64,000 nucleotides of DNA from Vicugna vicugna (taxonomy: Eukaryota). Made by a program: the position numbers and the translations under genes. The notes beneath the pieces were generated by a model that saw nothing but the letters and a program-made list of their open reading frames with translations, searched no databases and was not told the DNA's origin. Shown here piece by piece: positions 25,321 to 37,764 of this stretch. Positions within the stretch are counted from its first letter, which is position 1. The number at the start of each line of letters is the position of its first letter. The stretch is from positions 5,794,407 to 5,858,406 of the forward strand of contig MU058584.1 in the NCBI GenBank assembly GCA_013265495.1, read 5' to 3'.

Positions 25321-26623
25321 GTAGGTCAGCGTCACTGATTTGACCCCCAGTTAAAGAGGAACCACGTCTAACAATTCCCCATTAAGGATGATGTTTGTCA
25401 TTGTGTTTACTAGGTATCCTTTTTTCGTTAAGGAAATTCCCTCTTCTGGCCTGCTAAAAGCTTTTCTTTTCCTTTTTAAAAACCATGAGTTTTTGTTTGC
25501 AATATTAATTGAAATGATTATGTGGTTTTTATCCTCTAAGCTATTAAGATGGTGATTTATGGTTAGAAATTTTCTGATGTAAATTCTACCCTTATATTCC
25601 AGAAATGAACTTAAATTGAGCATGAGGTTATATTTTTTATTTTGTGCTTTATTTGGCTTGCTAATACTGTGTTTAAGATTTTTCTACATATGTTTGTGAG
25701 TGAGATTGGACTGTAATTTCTTTTTCTTAAAAAGTCTTTATCTGGTTTTTAAAATCAAGGTACATTGGTCTCATAGAATAATTGGGGAATAATTCTTCAT
25801 TTTGTATCTCTAGAAAATATTGAATATATTTGTAAAACATCTTTTTTTTTCAACTGATAGAATTCACCTGTAAAACTATCTGAGCCTGACGTTTACTTTG
25901 TAGGAAGAGTTTTAACTCCAGGATCAAATTCTTTAATGATTATCGGAGACCATTCAGGCTTTCATCACGGTTACCACAGTAGGTCAGCGTCACTGATTTG
26001 ACCCCCAGTTAAAGAGGAACCACGTCTAACAATTCCCCATTAAGGATGATGTTTGTCATTGTGTTTACTAGGTATCCTTTTTTCGTTAAGGAAATTCCCT
26101 CTTCTGGCCTGCTAAAAGCTTTTCTTTTCCTTTTTAAAAACCATGATTTTTTTGTTCGCAATATTAATTGAAATGATTATGTGGTTTTTTATCCTCTAAG
26201 CTATTAAGATGGTGATTTATGGTTAGAAATTTTCTGATGTAAATTCTACCCTTGTATTCCAGAAATGAACTTAAATTGAGCATGAGGTTATATTTTTTAT
26301 TTTGTGCTTTATTTGGCTTGCTAATACTGTGTTTAAGATTTTTCTACATATGTTTGTGAGTGAGATTGGACTGTAATTTCTTTTTCTTAAAAAGTCTTTA
26401 TCTGGTTTTTAAAATCAAGGTACATTGGTCTCATAGAATAATTGGGGAATAATTCTTCATTTTGTATCTCTAGAAAATATTGAATATATTTGTAAAACAT
26501 CTTTTTTTTTCAACTGATAGAATTCACCTGTAAAACTATCTGAGCCTGACGTTTACTTTGTAGGAAGAGTTTTAACTCCAGGATCAAATTCTTTAATGAT
26601 TATCGGAGACCATTCAGGCTTTC
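25307..26623. repeat. Tandem duplication of about 658 bp, two copies (25307-25963 and 25965-26623)
   Basis: Both copies run from tcacggttaccacagtaggtc to cattcaggctttc; I counted 3 substitutions and 2 single-T indels. Confidence 0.95.
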
Positions 26624-27400
26624 CATTTCTTCAGGAACAAATTTGGCAAGTTCATTTTTTCCAGCAAATTTCTTTTGACTATTGCCAAATATATTTTCAT
26701 TAACTTTTCTTCATATTTAATTAAAGAAAAATCATCTATGATATCTTTAGATGTTATCTTTTTTGTACTAATTTTGCATATTTATACCATTTTTCTTTTT
26801 TTCTTGATCAGTTTGTCTACTTCGTGATCCTCTGTTGTTCTTTGTTTTTATATATGAATTTCTTCTCTTAAATCTATTATTTCCCTCTTTTTACTGTCTT
26901 ATAATTTATTCTATCATTTTTTTCTCTAACTTCTGAAGTTAGGTGTTTAATTTTTAGCCTTTGCTTTTCTAAGATAGGCTTTAAAGTGAAGCTTCCTTGA
27001 CTTTTCTTTTGCTGTTCTCCCCAATTACTGATACATAGTATCTTAAATATTACTAAATTATAATAATTCATTTTTTGTGATTTTTTTGACTTAGGAGTTA
27101 TTTAAATATTTTTAAATTATTAAGCATGCTGGGATTTTTTTTTAATTTATCCTTTTGTTAACTTATAACGAACAGAGGAGGCTCTGATCTGTATGATTCT
27201 AGTTCTTTAAAATTTATTGACACTTGCTTTACAGTCTGTTATATGATCTATATCTGTACATGTTCCATGTGTAATACAGTTGGTTAATTGCTGAGTGAAG
27301 TATTCTATACACGTCCGTGAAAGCAAACATAAGTGTTTTTGCATGAGGATTGCAGATGAATATACAGTCTGATGACAATGAGGGGTCTGATATCTGTAAA
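25340..27400 (-). mobile_element. Old degraded L1 ORF2 fragment, partly duplicated
   Basis: ORF 25351-25623 has KNHIIISIN...NIILNGELLDVVPL, matching L1 RT KNHMIISIDAEKAFD...NIILNGEKLEAFPL; T-rich on + strand. Confidence 0.8.
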
Positions 27401-29668
27401 ATTGGGCCCTTTAAACGTATTGCAGTGTAAGAACAAGCAGTAGTTTCTAATCTCCGGGCCTGAACTTCTCTGGTTAAGAAGACCTTTATTTTTATCATCC
27501 ATATATATATATATCTGTATTTTCTCAATTAGTGAGTAGTAAAAATAACTACTACTTTGCAATTTTTTAAACTTTAATGAGTGTCCCTCATAATAGAAAA
27601 GTTTGGAAACTACTCCTGTGTGCATATGCTTTCTAAAGAGATACTGATTTCTCTAGAACACTTATACAATGCTTCAGAAGTAATTAGCTCAGTTGTGCAT
27701 GCCATGTGCACCATCATACGTGCCTCCTGCCCGTTAACTCTAAATCCACTCAAAACTGACCACACAGTCAAAGGTGGGCCCAATGGACAGGTTCCAAGCA
27801 CATTGAGGGGAGGCCAGTCTACCTGAGTGTCCTGTCAAAACTGCATCTCGGAAACTAAACTCAGATTGCTTTCATTTAAGAGGTCAGAATTGATTCAAAC
27901 CCACATCTTTAAGAGCCATTAGTTAGGGCAGTTTTTCCATCCTCAGTCTCCATCATTTGTCTTCATGAATTCAAAGCCGTTTTGACATCTCCTTGACTCA
28001 ATCCTACATTATAAATAAAGGTGATACATTCATGCAGAGGAACTATAACAAAGGAGGGACTTTCCTACAAGATCTTTGAGAAAAAAAAAAGAATATTTGC
28101 ATAAACCATTTTTAGCCAGAGTCTTTGTTCTATGTTTTTCCTTTCTGAATGCTTTGTTGCACTCCCTTGCAATCCCCCTCCTTGTCTGTGGACCCCAACT
28201 AGTCAAGGACCAAAGCCTTGACAATGCTTCACTTTGGAATCTTCCTGGCCCTGCCCTAAGCATCGTGCCTGAATGGTCACACTTACTGACCAGTCTCCCT
28301 GCTTCTGTTTTTCTCCACTCCTAAACCCTCAGACACATTGATCTTCCCAGAATATCACTGTGATCTTTTCCCTCAAATTTTCCTGGCAACTACCAAGTAA
28401 ATGTCACAAGTGTTAGTCTGGAGGTTAAAGCTATTCTATGCCTTTTTCATTGCTGAATCTCGGCTAAGCCAATAAACCTGTCTGACATCTCTGACTTCAA
28501 TACTGCTGTCCTAGATATTTAACTCACCTTCTGGTTCCTAATTAGACCTCACCCAGGATCTAATTTTACCTATAAATTCTGCTGCCTTTTGCGAAGGGGC
28601 ACCTCCCTCCCTTGGACCACAGCATCTCTGAGCTTGCATGCTCCACATGCCATTACACACACTGTGCAGCTAGAGGTGATTTTCCTCCCTCCACCTCCCA
28701 ATGCTGGGTCCTTCAGGGCAGGACTCGGCCCCAGTATGTCCACAGCCTCTGTTAACATTTCTTACAATAGTGAATTTTTAGTAGATATTTAATTGGTTAG
28801 TTGAAAACCACAATCCCATGCCATCAGTCTCTCTTCACACTAAATATACCCATGTAGTGTATCACTCAGTAACCATTTTGAGCATCAATTGTCCTTTAGA
28901 TATAGAGGTTAGTTCTAAGGATGTTGCAATCAAGAGACACAGTCTGTTCTCTCAAGATCACTTTCTTGGCTGATTTTGCTGTGAATTAGGAAATGGCCAT
29001 ATTCTTTTGACTTGCCCAAACAGCCCAGCATTAGTTTTTGAAATCGAATCTATTTTGAGTAATTTTTTAATTCTCTTTTCTCTTCAGCATTAGACACACA
29101 GCTCTTTTTAATGCCACCTTTCCTTACCTGTTAAACAGATACTTACAATCACATGGACTTAAACAAGTTATTTAATGTCTCTGAGCCTCAGTTTCCTAAA
29201 ATTTGAAATGGGAATAATAATACCTGTGGCCAAAGATTAATGCTATGAGGAAGGTACCCAGATGTCACGTGGGGTCTCTCTGCCCCTTAAAATCAAGATT
29301 TTGTGGATTATTATTAATAGATGGTACAATGAATTAAAATACTGATCATTGTGGAAGCCCCAAACCCTCTCCAAGAGCTCTCAAAATTCCCAGAGAGCTT
29401 AATTTTCATGCCCACCATGGTACTGATTTTCTTCTAAATGTTTTGTTTCTGCCAAAATATTTTGTTTGAACTTTGCTTTTTTGTGGCTGTTCCTTCATAT
29501 CTGCTATTTTCCCAACTAAGGAAGCAGGAACTTCACCTGAAACTCCTCCTTCAAAGCAACCTGAATATAGGTCTGTGTTTGTAGTAGAATGTTCACGATT
29601 TATGCAATACTAAGGAAATCACACCATTTAATGTTCCTATTGTCCCTAAGAAGCTGGGCTGCCCCTAC

Positions 29669-30316
29669 GAGTTCTTGCTTCCTACTATTGCCTGTGATTA
29701 GGTTCTTGTCTTGTCGCAAAAAAGAATTCAGAGACAAGATGCAGAAAATAAAGTAAGGATTTATTAAGGGATAGACAGTATATTCTCAAGGGGAGAGCAG
29801 GCAGACTCAGGTGAGCAGCTGCCCTGAGTTTCTTTGGTAAGTTGGTTACATACAGTGTAAAAACGTATGGGCAGAAGATTCACTAGGGAGGGAAGGGTTG
29901 TATGCCCTGATTTTCATCCCAACTCCACCGTCCCAAAGGGAGGAGGATTTTTGTCCTTATTTAGTCTGGATCGGAAGTGTCATGGCATCAGTGCATGATG
30001 GGTACCTCTAATCTGCAAGGCTAATTTTATTGTAATGAGGGCATAATGAGCAAAATTTACATTCAGACACTAGAGATTCCTGCCTTTTTCCCCACCTTTC
30101 TTTGTTGATCTCCAGGCCACTTGTCACTCCAAAATCTGTGATTGCTTATCAGCTCAGAGGTTTCTGCTTCTCTTTGCCTGTCCAGGGACCCCTGTTGTTT
30201 AAATGATGTAGGGTTTCCTGCACTTGACCCCATGCCCCTCCTTTTTGCCCAATTCCTGCCATTTGGCCTGTGTCCCCCTTTCTCTGCTCATATCTAGCTC
30301 TCTGCCTGCTCTAACA
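29669..30316 (-). mobile_element. ERV1-like solo LTR
   Basis: Minus strand begins TGTTAGAG; AATAAA at 29760-29765 near its 3' end; ctac flanks both sides (29665-29668 and 30317-30320). Confidence 0.65.
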
Positions 30317-32389
30317 CTACAACTTTTCCAGCTCTCTCTATCTTTATTACCTTCCCTCTTTTTCCTTTTCACATGCTCACAGGAAAAAAGAACACTAACT
30401 TCCCTGTGTTTTCGTACACAGGGCAGCCTAATTACATATTACTACTGCTTAAGTTCCCACCAACACTGAGTCTATAAGGTCTCACCTTCAGCCTTAGAGA
30501 ATTTTTAAGAAAAGGCAATTTTTTCCTGGTTTGGATTTGGATGCCAAAGAAGATAACTAAATGCCAAATCAAGTAAGCTTAAAATAATAAGCTTTAAATA
30601 CCTGTTACCCTAATGTTGTCATTGCTTCTACTGTTATGAGAAATATTAGTATTAAAATCACTACAACTCGAGCTGTTACTCAGACAAAGCCTCATGCCAA
30701 GATATCAGGAAAGCTTAGTTCCAATGAAACCTTTCAGAGTTATGCAGGAAAGGCTGTATCTCCCGAAATGCCAAGAGTTCACTAGATCAGACAAGATTGT
30801 CAGGGCCAAAGGGAAGTAAAAATCTCACTATTTTTCTTAAGAATTTTCCTGCCCTCCTTGTCATGGGTAATGGGTTGTTTTGGTGGTGGCAGGTTTTCTT
30901 TCCTGAATGGGACATGCTAACAGAAGGAAAACCAAATTGCTGGAGTCAAGGGAAGGGCAATTTTAGAAGAACTTTGGCCAAAACAGGAAATAAAGATAGG
31001 TGAGCTGGTGCAGTATAGGAACCTTGAAGGGGAAGAGCATAGATGTCTAAAAGGTAACTCCATTAATTTTCTATAGTATGATTTGGATATGAAGCCTCTT
31101 TCCTGTCTCATCTCTTTCTCATTAAATTATTATGAAGCTAGGTCTGTTTCAGACATGTGTCAAAGAACAGAACACAGTCTTAGGGAGATCAAAGGGTGAA
31201 AACTGGGGTCATATGGGCAGTGGGTGACACTCAGGGGACAGATTTTTCTTATCAGAAGCTAAAGTCGTAAGATTAAATCTTAATTTAATAAAATATTTCT
31301 CAAGGAGACTAAAATAATTTAGCCCAAGTCCACCAAGCTCTGGAGAACAAATCCAGAGGAATGGATCATTCTGTGTCCCTTGGATGCTGTTGATTTAATG
31401 ACTTGCAGGATTATACCACAGAGACAGAGGCAGGATTCCAACTGAGTGGGTCTGATTCCCCAACCCAGCCCCTTCCATCTCACCCCAGCAAGGGCACAGG
31501 TAGCAGAGCTGACCTTCTGTAGTGAAAATCTGAGTACTGGGTGCCTATTTGAAAGTAAGTGGAGGACCCTCTCTGGTTTCTCATCTCAGATCTGCTTCTG
31601 TTCAAGCCCTTCCATAAGATCCAGGATCCTACCCCAAGAATGCATGAAAGACAAGATTGGAGTTGGGAAAAAAATCTACCTTTAAGGTTCAGTTCATAAA
31701 GCAATTTCATACCCAACTCCATCATTGCAATAACCTTGGGAGGTAAATAAGACATATTTCATTCTTGTGCTATAGGCAAGGAGACAGGAAACTAAATCTC
31801 AGGAAGGTTATGAATCTTTATTTCTTTCTTTATGAATCTTATCTTTATTTAAGGAATGTAGCATGACGTAATTCCTAAGATCATGTAGTAGCCTCAGGAC
31901 TTAAACATAAGACCATGTTTTTAAGTCTATAAACCTCTTACTCCCAAGATGTAGCCTCCACTTGTGTTCTTTTATCCTGATGTCTTAGTTGAATAACCTC
32001 TCACAATCAGGGCTGCCATATCAGTCTATACATGTTGTGCACTGCACAACTCTGAGGGATGTATTCATGGTGCATGAATGTGAATGGCACATCCTCGATT
32101 TATGATGCACAACATAGAGAACCTTTTGCAATGCAAAATCTGAGATGGCTTTGAGAAAGGAAAGTGTAATCATCATAAAAAAGTCATTCTCATAACATGT
32201 ACAAGAGTGTATGAAAGCTGTATTGGCCATAGGGCAAAGAGGCATTTCCAACTAGTTTTTACACAGGACCCAATCCCCTTGTAAGAATTCAGCCCTTGAC
32301 ATTAGATAAGTATTGTTTGGGTTATCATATGTCATGGAGAGAGAGTTTGCTTCAACTTATATCAACAGTCCACTATATGCTCTTTCTGA

Positions 32390-33263
32390 TTTATTTGAAT
32401 ACACATTTATTGAGTGCCAGGTAATGAATTAGAGACTCCAGAAATGTGTCACGATCTTTGCCTTTAAGGAGAGTAGAATTTCACTGAGGAGAAAACACAT
32501 ATGATAATTTTTAAAATAACAAACTAAGCAACCAACCTAATGCAAGGTAGCTTTCTCTTCTCTCCTTTCTTTCTCCTTTTGTTTGGTGCTCAGGAGAAGC
32601 CATGTGTGGAAGTCAGCCAACTGAGAAGGGGAGATGGCTGAAGAAGGTGGGAGGCTGGAGACATACTCTAATGGCCTCCATTTATAGAAGGTAGGGCTTC
32701 AGTACAAATAGGACTTCCCCAATTTGGAGCAGAACCCCTTACTTCACTGGAGTTGGAAAGCAAGGATAACATTAATTTTATGAACTTTCTAGAAGAATAC
32801 CCCCCCATGGTATACTGGAGGACTGGAGAGGTAAAATGTGATCTGTGACTAAATTGAGCCTGTAGTTGCGTATGTATCCAATTTTCACAGCATTTAGAAA
32901 TGTGTGTCATCAGGTCGAGCACTGAATTGAAACTGGGAGCCAGAGTGAAGAAAGAGTGAAATCAACATGTCTAGATTCCACAGTCACCTTTCCCCGTGGT
33001 CTGGTTTCTCCATGGAAAAGAGAATAAAAGAGTGGGCTGTAAAAACCACAATTTCAGGCTGAAGGAGGGGTGGGCGGGTGGATGAGGAGCAAAATGGGAA
33101 GAGAAGACGCTGCTGGTCATGCTGAGAACTTGTCAGATGCCCTGAAAGAGACACACTTCAGCTTCAGTGGAGGAGATGCCACCAGGCACAGCTTCTCAAG
33201 GAGGGATGTGAAGGATCCAGTGACACTTCAGTATCCCTGGAATACTCTGCCACAGCAGGTGGT
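32390..33263 (-). other. SELL: SELL 3'UTR with candidate poly(A) signals
   Basis: Follows the stop codon; AATAAA on minus strand at 32406-32411 and 32390-32395. Confidence 0.65.
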
Positions 33264-33282
33264 TTAATATGGACCATCCGGG
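33264..33282 (-). CDS. SELL: L-selectin last coding exon (cytoplasmic tail end, SPDGPY*)
   Basis: cttcattcag|C CCG GAT GGT CCA TAT TAA; homologous to the human SMNDPY* ending. Confidence 0.9.
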
Positions 33283-33475
33283 CTGAATGAAGAACAAGAG
33301 AATAGAAGTTAAACTAAGGTGCTTAAAAATTGCAAACATTAAACTGTTAGTAGCAAAGATGAATATTCACGAAAGATCAGGAGAGGACTAAAGGAACTAG
33401 ATGTCTTTCAGATGGATTGTAAGATGCAGGACATTCACTAAGACACAGGAATCCTTGAGAAGAGAACCCTAAAGC

Positions 33476-33635
33476 AGAGCTTCTCACACTTTTGGTGCTT
33501 ACCAACCAGGCATGGTGTTAAAATGCAGAAAAATTCAGATGCTGATTCAGTAGGTCTGAGTGGGCCTAGGAGTCTGGATTTCTAACAAGCTTCCTGGTAA
33601 TGCTTAAGCATTTGTTCTTCAGGACACACTTTGAG
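33476..33635. mobile_element. hAT-Charlie MITE (MER5-like)
   Basis: ctgattcagtaggtctg...atttctaacaagcttcctggtaatgct...cacactttgag is typical of MER5. Confidence 0.7.
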
Positions 33636-35774
33636 AGATTTTGGCAGTACAGGCTTTGTCTTCAGATCTAAAGAGTCTGAAGGACATTTTAGATAAACTT
33701 TGAACAGTGGAAAGTCAGAAAAGTAGAAGACATGTTCAACTGGAAAGAGAAATCAGAAAATCAAAACTCACAGAAGGCAGGGTAGGGGTTCTGAATGCCC
33801 CATTTGGATGGAATATGATTTACGGGTGACAAATTTAGTCTCATGGGAAAAAAAAATTACGTGTGTGTGTGTGTGAGACAACTGTCTCATTCTTGGAAAG
33901 GAGAGAGGAGAACCAAATATGGCACATCTTAATAACACCTTTCAAAAGGAGAACCAGATTCTGAGATTCTGCTCTTATGATGAACTGCCAGGGTAAACCA
34001 CAGTTCAACAGCTGCAAATGTGCTTGCCAGTTACAGAGATAAAAATGTTTCTGAAAACAAAATTTCACATACACCCTCCTCTGAGGTTGGCATCGTATCT
34101 TCCTGTGTATCTTGGGTGTAGCTTTTACGTGGGCAGAATTTAGATACTAGAAACCAAATGAGGTGATAAACAGAACCAGTTTGCAGAATAGTCAAAATAG
34201 CCCAGCAAGAATTGAAACCACACATGCCCAGAATCAGTCATTCACCAACCAAATACTAACAGGCATGAGCCGAAGGACAACGGGTGTTAGCTCAAGGGCT
34301 TAAAAAAAAAAAAAAACTGATGCACAGTGGTCCGTGTGATGGTGTTCATTTTACCTTTGGCTTGTTCTAGAAACACACCCTACTTCTCCCACCCCACCCT
34401 TCCTCAGTGCCTTCACACAATGGTTTCAGCATGAAGAAAATTTATAGTAATGGAGGAGGAGGGTGTCTGGGACTTACAACTCCAACCTGGGCACCCAGAT
34501 ACCTGAGTTCTAGAAGCATAAAGGTTAAGAGCATGACCTTTGGATCTAGATGGGTACAAGTTTCAGCTTTGTCATTTATTCAGTGACCTCAGACTAGTTA
34601 TTTAATTTCGCTGCTCCTTCACCTATAAAATCGAACTATTAATAGAACATACACCCACAGGCTTGTAGGCAATGTTTAACAACTTATGACATGTAAAACA
34701 CTCAGAATGGTGCACAGCATGGGATTAATGTTTGATGTTTATTATTATTGCAACTAACTCCATCACTAGCTCAGGGACTATGGAAAAGTTATTTAATTAT
34801 TTCAATTATTAAGAGAGTTTGAACATGATGTCGACTAAGATCCTTTCCCTAACTAAAATTCTATGATTCTGTGGTCACTTTGGCCAATAAATTAGAGATA
34901 TTCCAAGGCAGCTGGGCAAATAATTATTTGTTAGGTCTTTCTAGAACATCTGATGAAGCATTCAAGACCTGTGTTGATGGGGCAAGTCTTCCCTTCCAAA
35001 TTCTGTTCACAGCTCCTCAATGCACCAGACGCTCTAGGTAGCTCTACTCACTAGCCCCGGGACATGCTTTCAGAGTCCCAGCACCATACCACGTACCTCA
35101 TCTCCCTCGTCTAGACGGCCTTCCCTACTTCTCTCCACACACCCGAATCCTCTCCATGCTTCAAACACTAACCCAGGTTCCACCTTCTTTATAAGATTTG
35201 CTGTGATCACTAAGCTCTTATATTGAAGAAGTCCTGTCTTCAATACAGAATTCATTGACCATTACCACAGTCTGTCTGTATTTTTCTGAAAAAAATTTCC
35301 ATATTTCAGCCTTAACTCCTTAACTAGATAATAATCTCCCTAAGGTCAGGCACAAGGACTTAACACCTCTTGGTGTTTCACTCAGGCTGAGCATTGTTCC
35401 AACACAAAGGTGTTCACTGTAAAACTCGGTGAATTGTTAAAACTTAACAGGGCCATGAGCTTAATATGGTAACTAACTTAATTTGATGATTAACTTAATG
35501 CTCATACTCCTCCTGCCAGCATCTCTTCCTGTCCCCCAAGGACATCCAACAAATTGAACTGATCTGCTTCCATCTAGTGGCAATTAAAATGCAGGTGGTT
35601 CCTGTGGCCAGAAAACAGCTCTGCGTAGATTGTGCCAGGAAAGACTTTCACTCAGTGGGTGCGAGTATGAAAGAAATCTTTGTGTCTTGTGGATTTCCTG
35701 CCCACAGAGATAGGGAGGTCAGCTTAGAGAAGGCTATGGGACCCCATCTACACAATCTAATGGAAGATAGGGCA

Positions 35775-35836
35775 AGAAAAAGGGAAGGGAAGGGAAGGGA
35801 AGGGAAGGGAAAAGGAAAGGAAAGAAAAAAGAAAAG
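35775..35836 (+). repeat. (AGGGA)n / GA-rich simple repeat
   Basis: Six AGGGA units at 35781-35810 within a purine-only tract. Confidence 0.9.
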
Positions 35837-35949
35837 ATGCTCCACTGACCCTATGTCCCTATCCAGTTACTCTCCAACTCTCTCATCTCCTTCGAGTCAA
35901 GCTTTACAAGGAGCTGATGTACATGTTCTGCCTGTACTTTCTCACCCCC

Positions 35950-36850
35950 ACTGATTGCTCAGCCCCTGCCTGTTGGATGTCTGTGAGGACCTCAATGCTG
36001 AAAACAATCTGCCCACTAATACCCTTGTTACACCCAGTGGAAACTTGCTGATTCTCCCGGCCATAACTGAAAGAGTTTCCACTTACTTCTTTCCTTAGGA
36101 TCATGACCCCATACTCTCCTCATTTCACTTCTGCTTCTCTGGGACCCTCTTCTCCTTCTGCTCTTCCTTAGCTAACTTGTTTGATAGTGACCTTCCTCCA
36201 GTTCCCACCCTCTTTCCCACACCCTCTTCCATTCTCACACTGGACACTCGCTCTACAGGATCGTACCTGCTCCTGAGATAGTAGTTACCTCCTGTAATGT
36301 GAGAACCCCCAAGTCCGTGTCTTCTGCCCCAAAGTAGCCCCTTTGCTGCAGATAGAACCAATGGACAATGGATGAACCACAGACAACACCTAATGCTTAA
36401 CAGGCACAAAACTGAACCCATGATTGTCACCTCTAAAACATCTCATTCTTTGGTGTTCCCTTCTCAGTAAACGGTACACTATAGATAACCATCCACCAGT
36501 TCCCAGATCAGAGTCTTAGCAAATTAATAATCATATTCAGTTGATTCTATGACTAGTTATTGTATGAACTCATCCTCATTGCTATTTCTCTAGACCAGCA
36601 TCATCAGCTTTAACCTAATAACTTCAAATGCCTCCAAAACAGTTCCTTGCCTCCAGACTCCCTCAACTCCTATGTTTGCACATGTTTACGCAGGGTGGTT
36701 CTAATAAGATGCGAATTTCAGCATAGTTCACCTGCTTCCACCCAGTTAGTAATACCCCAAAGACCTCAAGATTAAGTCCACACTTCTTTGCACAGCTTAT
36801 AAATTACTTTCTAATCGGCCTCTGTTGCCTCGTGTCTCCCCAGTTTTTCT
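35950..36850 (+). mobile_element. L2 LINE fragment in SELL intron 8
   Basis: Pyrimidine-rich L2-like sequence (aaaactgaacccatgattgtcacc...ctcagtaaacggtacac); boundaries approximate. Confidence 0.55.
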
Positions 36851-37745
36851 TTTGCAGCTCACGAAACTACCAAGAACTTCTCAGTAACGATCTGTGGTTG
36901 GTAGGATGGTGGCTTGAACAAGAAACCGATCTCCCTCAGGGACCATCTTGCTTCATTTCCTCCCACGTTTGAAAAGGAGCCCAGTTGTCTAGCTGGGTAG
37001 CTAGTCTGTCACCAAAGGCTCACTTTCGTGGTTCTTTTGATTTATACTTTCCTTCCTAAAATTTCAAAGCAAGTCACTAAACCCTGAAACTGAGAAGTGT
37101 TTTGCCAGCTTCATTTCTGCCAGGTGGGCCATGTATTTTCACATGTATGTGTTTCCCCAACTGAAGAAATCTGCAGTTCAAGACCAAACCAAAGAACCTG
37201 CCTCTTTAGGGGAAAAGGCAGGTAGAATTCATGCTTCCCACATTTCCCACATTTCTGAAGGTCAATGCTTATCGGAGCAGTAGTCATTTACTCTCCTGTG
37301 CTAGGTGCTGAGGGCCTGGGGTCTGGAATTTTACCTTCTTCTTAGGGCCCAGGATTCATTCATTTTTCAATAAATGCTCATTGAATTGCATGTTCCCTGA
37401 ATACTATATTTAGCACTGCCCTCATGTTCATCCAGGACAAGAAGAAATATGCCATGATGCTTCCAATCCTCAAAGAAAATTCAGGAGCAATAAGAGAGAG
37501 CTGCTCTTACATAAACTGCCCCCTTTTAATAGGACGTTACTTGTTCATTCATTCATTCAGCTCCTCCAGCACTATAAAAAACTGATAGCTTTAAGGAAGG
37601 TTAATCAATTTTATCTGGAAACATTATTTGAATGAGACCCCACGTAAATAACTAGTAAGGCGTTAATGTGTCTCGCTATAACAGGAAGTATCTTACGGAG
37701 GGTAGAGATCAACATATGTAGAAACTTCTACCTGATGAAACTCAC

Positions 37746-37764
37746 CTTCTCTGAGACTTCTTGC
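37746..37764 (-). CDS. SELL: L-selectin 19-nt cytoplasmic microexon (GKKSQRS)
   Basis: tctatttttag|GC AAG AAG TCT CAG AGA AG|gtgagt; phases join the TM exon and last exon. Confidence 0.9.

Noticed and set aside
25351..25623. 90-aa ORF with reverse-transcriptase-like motifs
   Set aside because: Degraded ancient L1 ORF2; no intact RT.
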